This document shows positions 63,324 through 64,000 of a stretch of 64,000 nucleotides of DNA, piece after piece; the first letter of the stretch is position 1; each line of letters begins with the position of its first letter. The position numbers and the translations under genes are program-made. The DNA comes from Octopus sinensis. Taxonomy: Eukaryota. Under the pieces are notes generated by a model. The model ran no database searches. It had not been told where the DNA came from and saw nothing but the letters and a program-made list of their open reading frames with translations. The stretch lies in contig NC_043000.1 in assembly GCF_006345805.1 (NCBI RefSeq), positions 114,018,001 through 114,082,000 on the forward strand, given 5' to 3'.

Positions 63324-63373
63324 GAATATATATATATAATTATATATCTGGATATGTATATATATATTATCTG

Positions 63374-63421
<48 letters not shown>

Positions 63422-63525
63422 ATATATATATCTGTATATGTATATATAGATAATATCATCTGTATATGTATATATATATATATATTATCTGTATATGTAT
63501 ATATATATATGTATATATATAGTAT

Positions 63526-63560
<35 letters not shown>

Positions 63561-63638
63561 TATAGATATAGATTATATAGCTATGTATATATAGGCTGTA
63601 TATATATAATATATATATAATATATATATGTTATATAA

Positions 63639-63721
<83 letters not shown>

Positions 63722-64000
63722 ATATATATCTGTATATATATATATATATAATATATATATATATATCTGTATCTGTATATATGTATATGTATATATATAA
63801 TATATATATCTAATATATATATATAATATATATTATATAATTATATATATATATTACTATATCTGTATATGTATATCTGTATATGTATATATCTATATAT
63901 ATATATATTGTATATGTATATCTGTATATGGATATATATATATATATATAATATATATATAATATATATATCTGTATCTGTATATCTGTATTGTAAATCT

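Larger units (their letters stand above)
60380..64000. repeat. Long (TA)n/TCTG compound satellite interrupted by the palindrome at 60920 and the CR1-like LINE
   Basis: Same tctg(ta)n pattern on both sides of the LINE. Confidence 0.9.

Overview
Eukaryotic, AT-rich, microsatellite-saturated genomic DNA, most likely an octopus (coleoid cephalopod). This is inferred from dense OR-like/OK-like tRNA-derived SINEs and Penelope-like repeat termini. One spliced gene is reconstructable on the minus strand: the last 8 coding exons (39682 down to 21925; 1773 nt = 590 aa + stop; all GT-AG, phases consistent) of an MFS transporter of the oxalate:formate antiporter / monocarboxylate-transporter-like group. 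It has an unusually long (~300 aa) acidic, phospho-motif-rich central loop exon. Its 5' exons were not found and probably lie right of the window. An intronless orphan 434-codon ORF with a decayed upstream extension lies at 2660-4640 (-). The rest is transposons: three SINE families, Tx1/L1-like, CR1-like, R4/Dong-like and RTE-like LINE fragments, a Helitron, mariner and Merlin-type MITEs, a 184-bp SINE-derived tandem array next to a 100-N gap, and many (TA)n-embedded palindromic Penelope-like remnants. The most unusual signal is that at least seven unrelated repeat families carry minimal type I hammerhead-ribozyme motifs with palindromic (dimer-type) stem III. Two of these families have a UUGAAAA core, which is the compensatory U3-A8 version of the catalytic C3-G8 pair. 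All folds were read by eye and most copies are degenerate. No databases were searched.
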